A stretch of DNA of 13,946 bases from assembly GCF_006345805.1 (NCBI RefSeq), contig NW_021826011.1, forward strand, positions 1 through 13,946. Direction: 5' to 3'. This document shows, piece by piece, positions 1-10,012 of the stretch (positions are counted from its first letter, which is position 1; each line of letters opens with the position of its first letter). Below the pieces are notes generated by a model. The model made no database searches. It saw only the letters and a program-made list of their open reading frames with translations, and had not been told where the DNA came from. Position numbers and translations under genes: made by a program. The stretch is from Octopus sinensis. Taxonomy: Eukaryota.

Positions 1-298
1 TGTTCACACCTATGAATACCAAGTGAAACCAAATCAAACATAACAAAATGTTTTCATGGGTGTTTTACATAATTTTTGTTTCTTTCTTACGTTTCAGTAA
101 ATGGGGAAGAAAAACCTATCAACAAAATGTTTCATATCTTTTATCTAATGCCAAAGTTAGCTTTCCTTGAGCTGCTATATTTTCATAGGCAATCGATAGA
201 TAAACAGCTCAACTCAAGTTAGTGAGCTTCTTAAAAGGGTATCAGGAGCCAAAAAATATAAAAAAGCAACGGGAAAATATCGCAAAAAAATAACAAGA

Positions 299-501
299 CC
301 ATGGTTGTAGGATGATGAAGCTTGCTTTGGGCTAGTCTTAGGAAAATGTGTTCTACTATTGCTTGGCTTAACTAATGCCTTTTTAGTAAATTTGATGCAC
401 AGGAACTGTATAGAAGCCCAAAATGTATGTATGTATGTATGTATGTATGTATGTATGTATGTATGTATGTATGTATGTATGTATGTATGCATGTAAGTAT
501 A

Positions 502-545
<44 letters not shown>

Positions 546-812
546 GCGAGTTTCTCTGTGTCTATATATGTGTGTTCGCGTGCGTATATCTCTGTGTTTG
601 TATTTTTACCAGTACCACCACCATCACCTGGAAACCGATATTGGTTTGTTTATGCCTCCGTAATATAACGGTACGACAAAAGAGAACTATAAAATATGTA
701 GAAGACTTTAAATAAAAATAATTTGTAAGGTTGATTTTTTCAACTGAAACCTATCAGGGCAGTGCCTCAGCATATCCGCAGTCAAATAAATGAAATTATT
801 AAAAAGTTAAAA
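299..812 (+). mobile_element. Decayed near-full-length SINE family B copy with central (ATGT)n(TA)n microsatellite
   Basis: 299-420 (catggttg...tgtgttctactattgc...gaactgtatagaagccca) aligns by eye to the 5' half of the 11571-12011 copy. 590-812 (catcacctggaaaccgatattggtttgtttatgcctccgtaa...gggcagtgcctcagcatatccgcagtcaaataaatgaaa) aligns to its 3' half. The head is not recognisable. Confidence 0.7.
423..542. repeat. (ATGT)n then (TA)n microsatellite inside SINE B
   Basis: Directly visible tandem repeats. Confidence 0.97.
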
Positions 813-1275
813 AAAAATAATAATATGATTATACGGCCTATAGCAAGGAAGATAAAGAAATGAGTGCTCGAGGTTTCAGATAGTAATCCTTCATCGACAA
901 GGAGAATAAAAATCTGTGGAACCGGTGTATTGCAGTGTAAGAGCCGTACGTTGTGTTACTATTTTGTTTCAAATTTGTCGTTATAATTTCTAAGCTTCTT
1001 TTTGGAAACGCAGTATAGGTGAATGGTAAAGTAGTTAATTTTGCAGTCATGAGATTCTGAATTCATTTATCTGCATAACATCTTGGTCAAGTGTCTTTTA
1101 CTATTACCTTATAAGATCCAAGTTTTATAATTTAAAGTGGGATGATGGAAATTATGCGGAAGCCTAGACACAGTCATGTCTCACAGATTTTCTCGCTGAT
1201 TCTGCCTGGAGATTTCGATATTGGTACAGGTGTTTGCGGAAAGCTCAGCCACGTACACGTTAATTCAATGGTATT

Positions 1276-1493
1276 GCGAGCTGGCAGAAACGTTAGCACG
1301 TCGGGCAAAATGCTTAGTGGTACGTTCTGAGTTCAAATTCCGCCGAGGTTGACTTTGCCTTTCATCCTTTCGGGGTCGATAAATTAAGTACCAGTTACGC
1401 ACTGTGGTCGATATAATCGACTTAATCCGTTTGTCTGTCCTTGTTTGTCCCTTCTATGTTTAGCCCCTTGTGGGTAGTAAAGAAATAGGTATT
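1276..1493 (+). mobile_element. tRNA-derived SINE family A, copy A1
   Basis: A-box-like TGGCAGAAACG and B-box-like GAGTTCAAATTCC; body cctttcatcctttcggggtcgat...aagtaccagttacgcactg; near-identical to 1987-2225, including the tail tttagccccttgtgggtagtaaagaaataggtatt. Has a 15-bp deletion in the head relative to A2. Confidence 0.9.
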
Positions 1494-1623
1494 GTGATTC
1501 GGTTAAATTAAACGACCGAACGCCTATCATCGAAATCGACGGAGATTCAGTTACCATATTTGATTGCATATAAAAAAGGCATTTTCCGAAATAAAATGGC
1601 TTAAAAGAAATAAAAAAATATGA

Positions 1624-1662
1624 TAAATAAAATAAAATAAAATAAAATAAAATAAAATAAAT
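1624..1662. repeat. (AAAAT)n pentanucleotide repeat
   Basis: Directly visible. Confidence 0.95.
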
Positions 1663-1986
1663 ACATAAACTAGATCTTATATGTGAAGTTGGGTTTCCTT
1701 TATGCTAATTTTGTTTCTGAAGCTCACTTTTCCCCCCAGAATACCTGTTGCTGAAATTGGAGTGCGTCTAAAGCTACCGCACATTTTTTATGCCATCAAA
1801 TAAGTACAAACTTAAGTATTTACTTCAAAATTCTTAGCAGTAAATTCTCGAAAATGAAAAATAAAGATCAGGGCTTCAGTATATCGAACTGCTTAAGGAA
1901 AACGTGGGTGATGCTCATAAAAATAATTTTAAAAATGGAAGTAAATTGATTCTGGAGATGGAGAGGGCTGTTGTAAAATATATGCA

Positions 1987-2225
1987 AGGCGGTGAGCTGG
2001 TAGAATCGTTAACACGCTGGGCAAAATTGCTTAGCGGTATTTCGTCTGCTGTTACGTTCTGAGTTCAAATTCCACCGAGGTCGACTTCGCCTTTCATCCT
2101 TTCGGGGTCGATTAGATAAGTACCAGTTACGCACTGGGGTCGATATAATCGACTTAATACCTATGTCTGTCCTTGTTTGTCCCCTCTGTGTTTAGCCCCT
2201 TGTGGGTAGTAAAGAAATAGGTATT
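1987..2225 (+). mobile_element. tRNA-derived SINE family A, copy A2 (left unit of a dimer-like arrangement)
   Basis: Starts aggcggtgagctggtagaatcg; B-box-like GAGTTCAAATTCC; collinear with A1 and with 10608-10811. Confidence 0.9.
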
Positions 2226-2383
2226 TCTTCCGTCTTTAGGTTCTGAGTTCAAAGTGATCCAAAGTCGACTTTACCTTTCATTCTTTCCGGGGTCGATAAA
2301 ATAAATACTAGTTGAGCAATGAGGTTTATGTAATAGACTTAAACCCTATTCTGAACTTATTGACCAAAATTCGAAACCAATAA
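2220..2383 (+). mobile_element. SINE family A, 5'-truncated unit A3 fused directly to A2
   Basis: ggtatttcttccgtctttaggttctgagttcaaa...aagtcgactttacctttcattctttccggggtcgataaaataaatactagtt matches the family A body; tail ...gaccaaaattcgaaaccaat resembles the tail of 10608-10811. Confidence 0.78.
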
Positions 2384-2764
2384 TGACTATATTGTTTGTC
2401 TTCGATAGGACGATACTTGGTAAGACCAGCGGAAGAATGGAATAACATTGACCAGAAGATTGGGCCTGAGATGTTGAAATAGGCCTCAACTAGTTTTCGG
2501 TATTATTTGAACCCATATATTTACCTGAGCGAGCATATATTTGATGAACGGTGTTCAAACCGTGGCAGTCACATACTTTCATAGTTCATTTCGGTTCTCC
2601 CTTTTAATTTGAAATTTCATTATTCATATATTCTCTTTTTAAGGAAGCAAGCTGTACATTTAAAGCTGATTTATCTATTTTTTCTAGCGGGTTGTTATTT
2701 AGCCACAGGTCAACTCAGAATAAAACATATTTTAAACAAAGCCATTGTCAACATAGCCATCTCG

Positions 2765-3163
2765 GGATCTTTTCGGTTTGAACGGCAGTTTTTTCTAGCG
2801 GTGTCATATGAAATTGTCACCCATAATTATGACCCTAGTATCAATCTATTTTAGGGTTAGCGTTAGAGGTGGGGGGGAAGGGTATCTTTTTTTCTTCACA
2901 AATGTAAATAAACCCAATCTGTTTCTTAAACGAGGAACATGTTCATACGGCACAGAATGTTTTTTTACCTACATTGATTGGTTGAAATTGCAGAAATTGA
3001 AGAAAAAAACAACAACAAATATCTTACAAACTATAGAATTTTCTCAATAAAACCAAGAGAAAAAGATGTTTTCTAAACGCATTCTACCAGTATACGAAGT
3101 TTGAAAGTGTTTAGTTACGTGGAAATTATTTTTAAAAAAATGCCGTTCAAACCGAAGAGATCC
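2765..3163. mobile_element. Non-autonomous DNA transposon (MITE), 399 bp, 30-bp TIRs, 9-bp TSD (MULE- or Merlin-like by TSD length)
   Basis: Left TIR 2765-2794 GGATCTTTTCGGTTTGAACGGCAGTTTTTT; right TIR 3134-3163 reverse-complements to GGATCTCTTCGGTTTGAACGGCATTTTTTT (28/30 identical). Flanking direct repeat GCCATCTCG at 2756-2764 and 3164-3172. No transposase ORF. Confidence 0.93.
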
Positions 3164-3240
3164 GCCATCTCGTTGTTGTAGAGGCATGTCTGACAAACTT
3201 AGCTAATAAGCTATTTCTGTACTTAAAACGATGATATAAT

Positions 3241-3780
3241 TCGCGGGAGATTTAGCTGTCCTTTCTACCAGCTCGAGCCGGAGTACTTTCTTAGCGACAA
3301 CGACCCGTTCGCTCGCCGGAGAGTTGGTATTCTGCTATTGGCTTAAAGATGCGGCAGGCGTTCCGTTGCCTCCACCGAGAAAAATACCACATCCCATGCG
3401 TGACTCAACTTACCCAAATGTAGATGATAAGGAAAACTAGACTATATTTGGAAAGAGAAAGGGAGGATGGTTAAGTTAACTTTTGCTAGATTAATGCCTT
3501 ATCCAAGATAAATGTTTATCTCTCATCTACTTAGCAGACAGTGCCGCTGGAGCTAAGCACTAAGCAATACGGAAGCTTGTTATTATTGGACGGGATTAAG
3601 CTTGCACAAGCGGAGACAGCAGAGATAGTCGAAACAGCGTCTGACCACAGATACATCACTGTGATTTAAGCGTTAGGGTTCGATATCTATCAGTTTCGCA
3701 TACATATCTCAACTCCCGAGTGATGTTTATCCCAACGGGATATTCGTGGCCTTTCACATTGTTTTATCCCGTTACATTAA
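3241..3780. promoter_or_regulatory. CpG-enriched, microsatellite-free island; possible regulatory region
   Basis: About 15 CpG in 3241-3400 by hand count against an AT-rich background; ATTGG (reverse CCAAT) near 3337, TGACTCA at 3401-3407, Inr-like TCAGTT near 3690. The motifs are short and could be chance. Confidence 0.25.
3414..3441 (-). other. Candidate small exon or exon end on the minus strand
   Basis: Minus strand reads ttaac-catcctccctttctctttccaaatatAG|TCTAGTTTTCCTTATCATCTACATTTGG|GTAAGT: canonical donor, pyrimidine tract and branch-like TTAAC. No homology support. Confidence 0.22.
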
Positions 3781-3817
3781 TGAAACAAATATCACTAGCA
3801 TACTAGAATCCCCTAAT

Positions 3818-3878
<61 letters not shown>

Positions 3879-3879
3879 A

Positions 3880-3920
<41 letters not shown>

Positions 3921-3960
3921 GTGTGTGTGTGTGTGTGTATAAGCGAGAGAGAGAGAGAGG
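3818..3960. repeat. Compound microsatellite (TCTA)n(TG)n(AG)n
   Basis: Directly visible. Confidence 0.97.
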
Positions 3961-4085
3961 GAGAAAGAGGAAATTTCTGAATGAAGAGAGAAAACAATAC
4001 AAGATATGATGAGATAGTGGCAAATTTATTACCAAATGTTTCGGGGGTGCGGGCTTTCCAACTTCAGTTCAAGTTAAAGCGATTG

Positions 4086-4089
<4 letters not shown>

Positions 4090-4141
<52 letters not shown>

Positions 4142-4152
4142 TGTGTGTGTGT
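4090..4152. repeat. (TA)n(TG)n microsatellite
   Basis: Directly visible. Confidence 0.97.
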
Positions 4153-4561
4153 ATTATATACGTTACGTAGTCGTATATAGACACATATTAAGAAGACAAA
4201 AAACGTTGCCTGAAGGTTGACTGTGAAACGTTAAACAGACAATGAAATATATTTTATATTTAAATGATAAAGTTTGGCAGTAATTTGGAAGACCCGGCAA
4301 TCGCGTTTTTGCTAGACTGTCAGTAATAAGTTGGAAATTAAATCAAGCCATGTAAAACTTACACACACACACCACGTTTCTATGTCTATTGTTGGGTCTC
4401 TTATTCGAATGTTCAACGATTATTTCAGTAATCGTGTTGAAATTCATTTACAAAGCAATTTAATTTTCTATTGCCCCAGCTTGGACGCACAGCCTTTAAG
4501 TTGAAACATATATAAGAACAGACAGGTTTTATTTCTGTTACATTTAATATGTACATCTAAA

Positions 4562-4597
4562 ACATATATATATATAAACATATATATATATATATAT

Positions 4598-4637
<40 letters not shown>

Positions 4638-4729
4638 GTATATATATGTATATATATATATTCAATGTACATGCTAAGCGTTTTCTTAGGTACAATGCAA
4701 AAATATATTGTAATCTGATATATATATAA

Positions 4730-4761
<32 letters not shown>

Positions 4762-4974
4762 TGTGTGTGTGTGTGAGTGTGTGTATGTGTGTATGTGTGT
4801 GTATATGTGTATGTGTGTGTGTATGTATAAAGAGAGAGAGAGAGGTGGACAGACAGACAGACACACACACATATAATTAGATAGATAGATAGATAGATAG
4901 ATGCATACATACGTACATACATACATACATACATACATACATACATACATACATACATACATACATACATACAT
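4562..4974. repeat. Compound microsatellite (TA)n/(TG)n/(AG)n/(GACA)n/(GATA)n/(CATA)n
   Basis: Directly visible. Confidence 0.95.
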
Positions 4975-5025
4975 GTGTGTTGTGGGAGTGTATGCATCTC
5001 TTTCCTTGTCCCGCTCAAACTATCG

Positions 5026-5070
5026 CTCGCTCTCTCTCCTCTCTCTCTCTCTCTCCTTCTCTCTCTCTCT
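5026..5070. repeat. (CT)n microsatellite
   Basis: Directly visible. Confidence 0.92.
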
Positions 5071-5469
5071 CATTTTCTCTGTGGATGGGGTAACGTGTCC
5101 CTGTTATTAAGGAAGAAAAAAAAACAACCTCAGAGAACATGTTCTTAGATATTTATTTTTCTGTGCCTGATAAATTATTTTGTATTTCGTTCACATATTT
5201 CATCTGGACCTGATCCAATTTGTGTGGATTCAAACATAAGTTTAGTTCCTCGCTTCGTCTCGGCACTGTATTCCACACACGTTTCTTTGGAATAGCTGTG
5301 AGGGCTAGGGGCTTTGTGGGGGACAAACATTTGGGAAAGAAAAACACGTTGATATGCTAAAACAGTATTACCATAAATTGCCAAATGGAGACATTACCAT
5401 TTAGCTAAAGTTTTCTCCTGATCTACTTGATAAGTGCTCCAAATCCTATGTAATACTCCGTATGATAAA

Positions 5470-5555
5470 TACGTATGCATGTCTGCATATATGTGTGTAT
5501 GTATAACTATATACATACAATTATAAGCGTGTATATGTGCATACATATATATATG

Positions 5556-5586
<31 letters not shown>

Positions 5587-5669
5587 GTATATACATATAT
5601 ATATATATATACATTTATATATATATGTATATATATAATGTATATACATATATATATATACATATATAA

Positions 5670-5703
<34 letters not shown>

Positions 5704-6061
5704 CATATATCTTTATGTGTACATGAGTATATATATGTAAGTACACATATGATGTATACATGTATATTTATATACGATATGTGTATATACATACATTTAT
5801 GCATATATATGTATGTATGTATATGTATATAAATGTTCATACACACACGTATATATATAAACATGCATTTTTGAACATACGTACAAAGATACACACGCAC
5901 ACCTGCATATGCTTATGCACAAACATACACATTGTTAAAGGTACGTATGGAAATTTGCATACATAAAACAACATATTCCTACCTACACATACGCATATAT
6001 GCTTTCATATTTATACATCTGTATATGCTCATGTGCGTGTGTATACACACACACACACACT

Positions 6062-6099
<38 letters not shown>

Positions 6100-6130
6100 T
6101 ATATATTTATATATGTTATATACATACACA
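5470..6130. repeat. Long degenerate (TA)n/(CA)n/(TG)n-derived low-complexity tract
   Basis: Directly visible alternating purine-pyrimidine repeats with interruptions. Confidence 0.92.
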
Positions 6131-6419
6131 TACCCAATAAATGCCAAACGATCTGTTTACGTCTTATTGTGTCTTCTGTTAATCACAATAGTAATAAAAA
6201 ATTTTACAAAACAAAACATTAGACAAACAAAAAATAAAACATACAAACACAAAAAGGTTTTTTTTTTAATTATTTTTGTTTATAATTGTGCTTTCTTTAT
6301 ATTATTCCTCACGCTAAGATTCTTTTTATCTTGTAGTTATTATTATTTACGTGCGTTACATTGAGCATTCAGACTTTTCTGTGTCTCCTGCTTACATTAA
6401 GATTTCGGTTGGAGTAGGT

Positions 6420-6468
6420 GTGTGTATATATATATATGTATATATATACCAATTAAGGATGAACATGA

Positions 6469-6517
<49 letters not shown>

Positions 6518-6547
6518 CACACACACAGACACACACACACACACACA

Positions 6548-6640
<93 letters not shown>
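6420..6640. repeat. (TA)n(CA)n(TA)n microsatellite
   Basis: Directly visible. Confidence 0.96.
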
Positions 6641-6642
<2 letters not shown>

Positions 6643-6767
6643 GGTGTGTGAGGATTTAATCTTTGTTATATATTCTAATTTCTTTTATTTACTTCAAATT
6701 AAATTTATATAATTTTATTTACATATATACATATTTAAATATATTTTGTATTGCTATCTATTCGATA

Positions 6768-6801
6768 TATTATTATTATTATTATTTATTATTATTATTA
6801 C

Positions 6802-6840
<39 letters not shown>

Positions 6841-6980
6841 CATTTTATAGTTGCTATTATCCACATTATCATTAGCAGTAGTATGTATAATATTATTGTT
6901 TTTATCATCAGCATAATCATTGTTCTTGCTATTGCTATATATTATGTTTATTGTTGTTCTGATTTTTACCGTTATTATTA

Positions 6981-7042
<62 letters not shown>
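6768..7042. repeat. (TAT)n trinucleotide tracts with degenerate spacer
   Basis: Directly visible. Confidence 0.93.
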
Positions 7043-7044
<2 letters not shown>

Positions 7045-7226
7045 CTGTTTATTCGACTATTTAGTACATAATTCATGTTTATTTACTCTTTCTGTCTCAG
7101 AGTTGCCTGCCCACTTTTAAGATATCTGGAATTATTATCATCATTGGTTGAATTCTCACAAACAAACAAAAACAACAAAATAAACAAAAGGAATGAACAA
7201 AATGATCTACACACACACACACAAGA

Positions 7227-7257
<31 letters not shown>

Positions 7258-7524
7258 TCACTTCCTACTTCTCTTATCCCCCTTCTACTCTCAAACCTCA
7301 TCTCGTGTTATGTATGACATAATTAATGGCGGACATTGCAGTTTTTTTTGTTTTTGTTTTTGTTTTAGTTTTCTACGTTGATAATCATAGTTGTTATAGC
7401 TGTTGTTGTTGTCTTCCATACACACAACGAAGGTGAAGGTAGTCAGGCAGAGTGTACAAAATGTCCCCCGTTTTTCTGACAACGTATAAATTTCTCCTTT
7501 ATTTCATTTCGTATCCAGTAAAAT

Positions 7525-7658
7525 ATATTATTATTATTAGTAGTAGTAGTAGTAGTAATGATATTTATTATTGTTATTTGTTATTATCATCATTATTATT
7601 ACTATTGTTATTATCATCATTATTATTACTATTGTTATTATCATCATTATTATTACTA

Positions 7659-7695
<37 letters not shown>

Positions 7696-7722
7696 CATTA
7701 TTATTATTATTATTATTATTAT
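7525..7722. repeat. (TAT)n-derived tract containing three perfect 27-bp units
   Basis: GTTATTATCATCATTATTATTACTATT at 7580-7606, 7607-7633 and 7634-7660. Confidence 0.95.
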
Positions 7723-8024
7723 TTGTTTTTATATTTTTGTTATTACCGTTATTTGTTATATTTTTTCTCTTTCATTTCCATTTGTTTGTTTTTCTTTATC
7801 TTCATAGTGTAGTATTGGATTCAGTTATGTTTGTTTTTTGGTTTGGTGCGAATTATTTCTTTATTTTTAATTTTTTATTTTAATTTTTTTCCTGTTAGAA
7901 TCACGATCAGTTTGGTGTTCGGGTGTGGCTGTCGTTATTGTCACTGCTACTACCATTAGACGTAGTAATATTCTTAGACAAAAGTTAAGCAAACAAACGG
8001 ACATGTACAATGCCTGTATTGTAT

Positions 8025-8252
8025 ATTTTCCTCTTTACTTCAATCATTGGAATGCAACCATGTTGGGGCAAACACATTGAAGGGGTTATTAGAACAAATC
8101 GACTCCAGTATTGAATTTGAAAAAGTCTATCCTGTACTTAACTTATAAGCCTTAATGACCATTTTCTCGAACAGCTAATTTACTAGGACGTAAACAATAC
8201 AACGCCAGTTATGAAACTGTGGTGGGAAAAAATACACAACACGCACACACAC
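8025..8252 (-). mobile_element. SINE family B, decayed 3' half
   Basis: caatcattggaatgcaaccatgttgggg...aacaaatcgactccagta...ctcgaacagctaatttactaggacgtaaac aligns to 10955-11100 (same orientation) and to the reverse complement of 11800-12000. Confidence 0.72.
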
Positions 8253-8253
8253 T

Positions 8254-8412
<159 letters not shown>

Positions 8413-8415
8413 AAA

Positions 8416-8540
8416 CACATGGTTCCATGTTCAGTTCCACTGCTTAGTACGTTGGACAAGTTTTTCCTACCATGGGTCTCCGGTTGGTCAAAGTATTTGA
8501 ATGGACTTGCTAAACTGGAACAAAAAGAAGCCTGTCGTAT
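8416..8540 (+). mobile_element. SINE family B, decayed 5' half
   Basis: cacatggttccatgttcagttccactgc...ttggacaagt...aaagaagcctgtcgtat aligns to 13614-13735 and 11612-11730. Confidence 0.75.
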
Positions 8541-8566
8541 ATATATATACATATATGTGTGTGTGT

Positions 8567-8755
8567 TGTTTTTATGTTTTCGTTTCTCATTGTGTTCAAC
8601 GTTTTTTTGATGTACCCATATATGCATGTATATATACACATATATGTAGGTATGTACATGTACATATATTTATATATGTATATATGCATATATTTATATA
8701 TTATTTATATTATTATATGATCGAACGCCACGCATCCTTTTCCAAGTAAGTTTTA
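8567..8755. repeat. Unidentified interspersed repeat X, copy 1 (right boundary uncertain)
   Basis: 8570-8602 matches 13871-13903 at 29/33, with weaker similarity continuing downstream (gtacccatatatgcatgtatata vs gtacacacgtatatata). Confidence 0.55.
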
Positions 8756-9188
8756 TCTATCTATATATATATCTATATATATTATATTATATCATATTAT
8801 ATTATATTCTAATTTAAAAAGAAACGAAGAATATCCATTGCTTAGAGATTCCCCCTTGCTGTGGTATCAAGAACAGAGAATATTGTTTCGCTGATAATAC
8901 TAGAATAACACGGAAATAGTTCCGCAGTTATCTAAAATATTATTAATCAACGAATTAAAAAAAAAAATATTTCTCCTTTCTGTATAATTAATTGTTAGTC
9001 ATTTAATTATACCTGAATTAAATGAAAATCAGAAACACCTAACACGTGCTTATCGTGTATATTATCACTGATCAAAACTCTTGAGATTCCTGAGATTATG
9101 AGAAAAACTGGGGCTTAGTTTTTAATTCGGCAATTAGTATAAATGGAAATAAGGAATAAATCCAAAGAACAATATTTAAAACAGTTCT

Positions 9189-9220
<32 letters not shown>

Positions 9221-9494
9221 TCAAACTACTTGTTATCAGCAACGGTGAATTTTTGGCGATCCAATGTTATATTTTCAACAGAAGATTACGAGACATATGT
9301 CTGGTTTCTTCGTATATGGAATTAATTTTCTAGTTAATTATTTGAAATCTCATTCGATATCTTATTACTTTAATGAGCACCACTTGCTTTGAAGTAAAGA
9401 AATAAAACAAAAAATCTTAAGTTATTAAGAACTTGTTCAAAAAGGTGTAAGATTAAAAGTCATTAAATGAATAAGTCTTGTTATTTGATTAAAA

Positions 9495-9705
9495 AAGCAG
9501 AGAATTGGTTGAATTCCTGGAGGGTCGGATAGTATGATTTGTATTTGTCCCGGTGCTTTACGCCTTGAGTTCAAAATTCACCAATTTCTGGTTTGTCTTT
9601 CATCCTTCCGCGGTAGGTAAAATAAAATTTCCGTCAAGCAGAAGATCCAGTTTAACCGACCACCCCGCAACTCCCATCCAAATTTCTAGCGCCTTCATCA
9701 AAAGT
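9495..9705 (+). mobile_element. SINE family A, decayed copy
   Basis: ttgagttcaaaattcacc...gtctttcatccttccgcggtaggtaaaataa matches the family A B-box and body. Confidence 0.65.
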
Positions 9706-9804
9706 TATTTCTTTAAGTATACAGACAAAACCATAATATCACAGAAGAAAGAAAAACATAGAATTTCATAGTTCTGGTGATATGGTGTTCACGAAACTTC
9801 AAGT

Positions 9805-10012
9805 AATGTTTAGTTTCATCTTTTCACGTTCTAAGTTCAAATCTTATCGATTCTATCTCATCTTTCTTGTTTTGACTTCCAATACGATCGTGGTCAATTT
9901 TGATTAAAATCCTTTTGAGGTTGATATAAAATAATTGTGAAGCAGTGTTCGATTTAATCCACTTGTACTCAGCGAGTAACTATATTTTGTGCCGAAATCT
10001 AGAAGTTAATAT
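9805..10012 (+). mobile_element. SINE family A, heavily decayed copy
   Basis: cacgttctaagttcaaatc...atccttttgaggttgatataaaataa...gttcgatttaatccactt...ttgtgccgaaatctagaa follows the order of family A landmarks. Confidence 0.5.

Noticed and set aside
42-135. Short direct repeat AACAAAATGTTT(T)CAT at 42-57 and 121-135
   Set aside because: A/T-rich 15-mer with an indel; the enclosed sequence has no element hallmarks, so chance cannot be excluded.
200-420. Plus-strand reading ELLKRVSGAKKYKKATGKYRKKITRPWL*DDEAC resembling the LINE ORF2 'PWFDEEC' linker
   Set aside because: From 299 onward the DNA aligns to the family B SINE 5' half, the frame contains stops, and no RT or endonuclease motifs are nearby.
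2545-2692. GTTCAAACCG (about 2553) and TTTTTTCTAGCGG (about 2678) echoing MITE termini
   Set aside because: Only 10-13 bp, not arranged as a TIR pair, no TSD.
5153-5384. Two non-repetitive minus-strand ORFs (64 and 69 aa)
   Set aside because: Short, overlapping in different frames, no recognisable motif or convincing splice sites.
7420-7480. EGEGSQAECTKCPPFF peptide / CAGAGTGTACAAAA TIR-like word
   Set aside because: Bounded by stops with no splice support; no partner inverted repeat.
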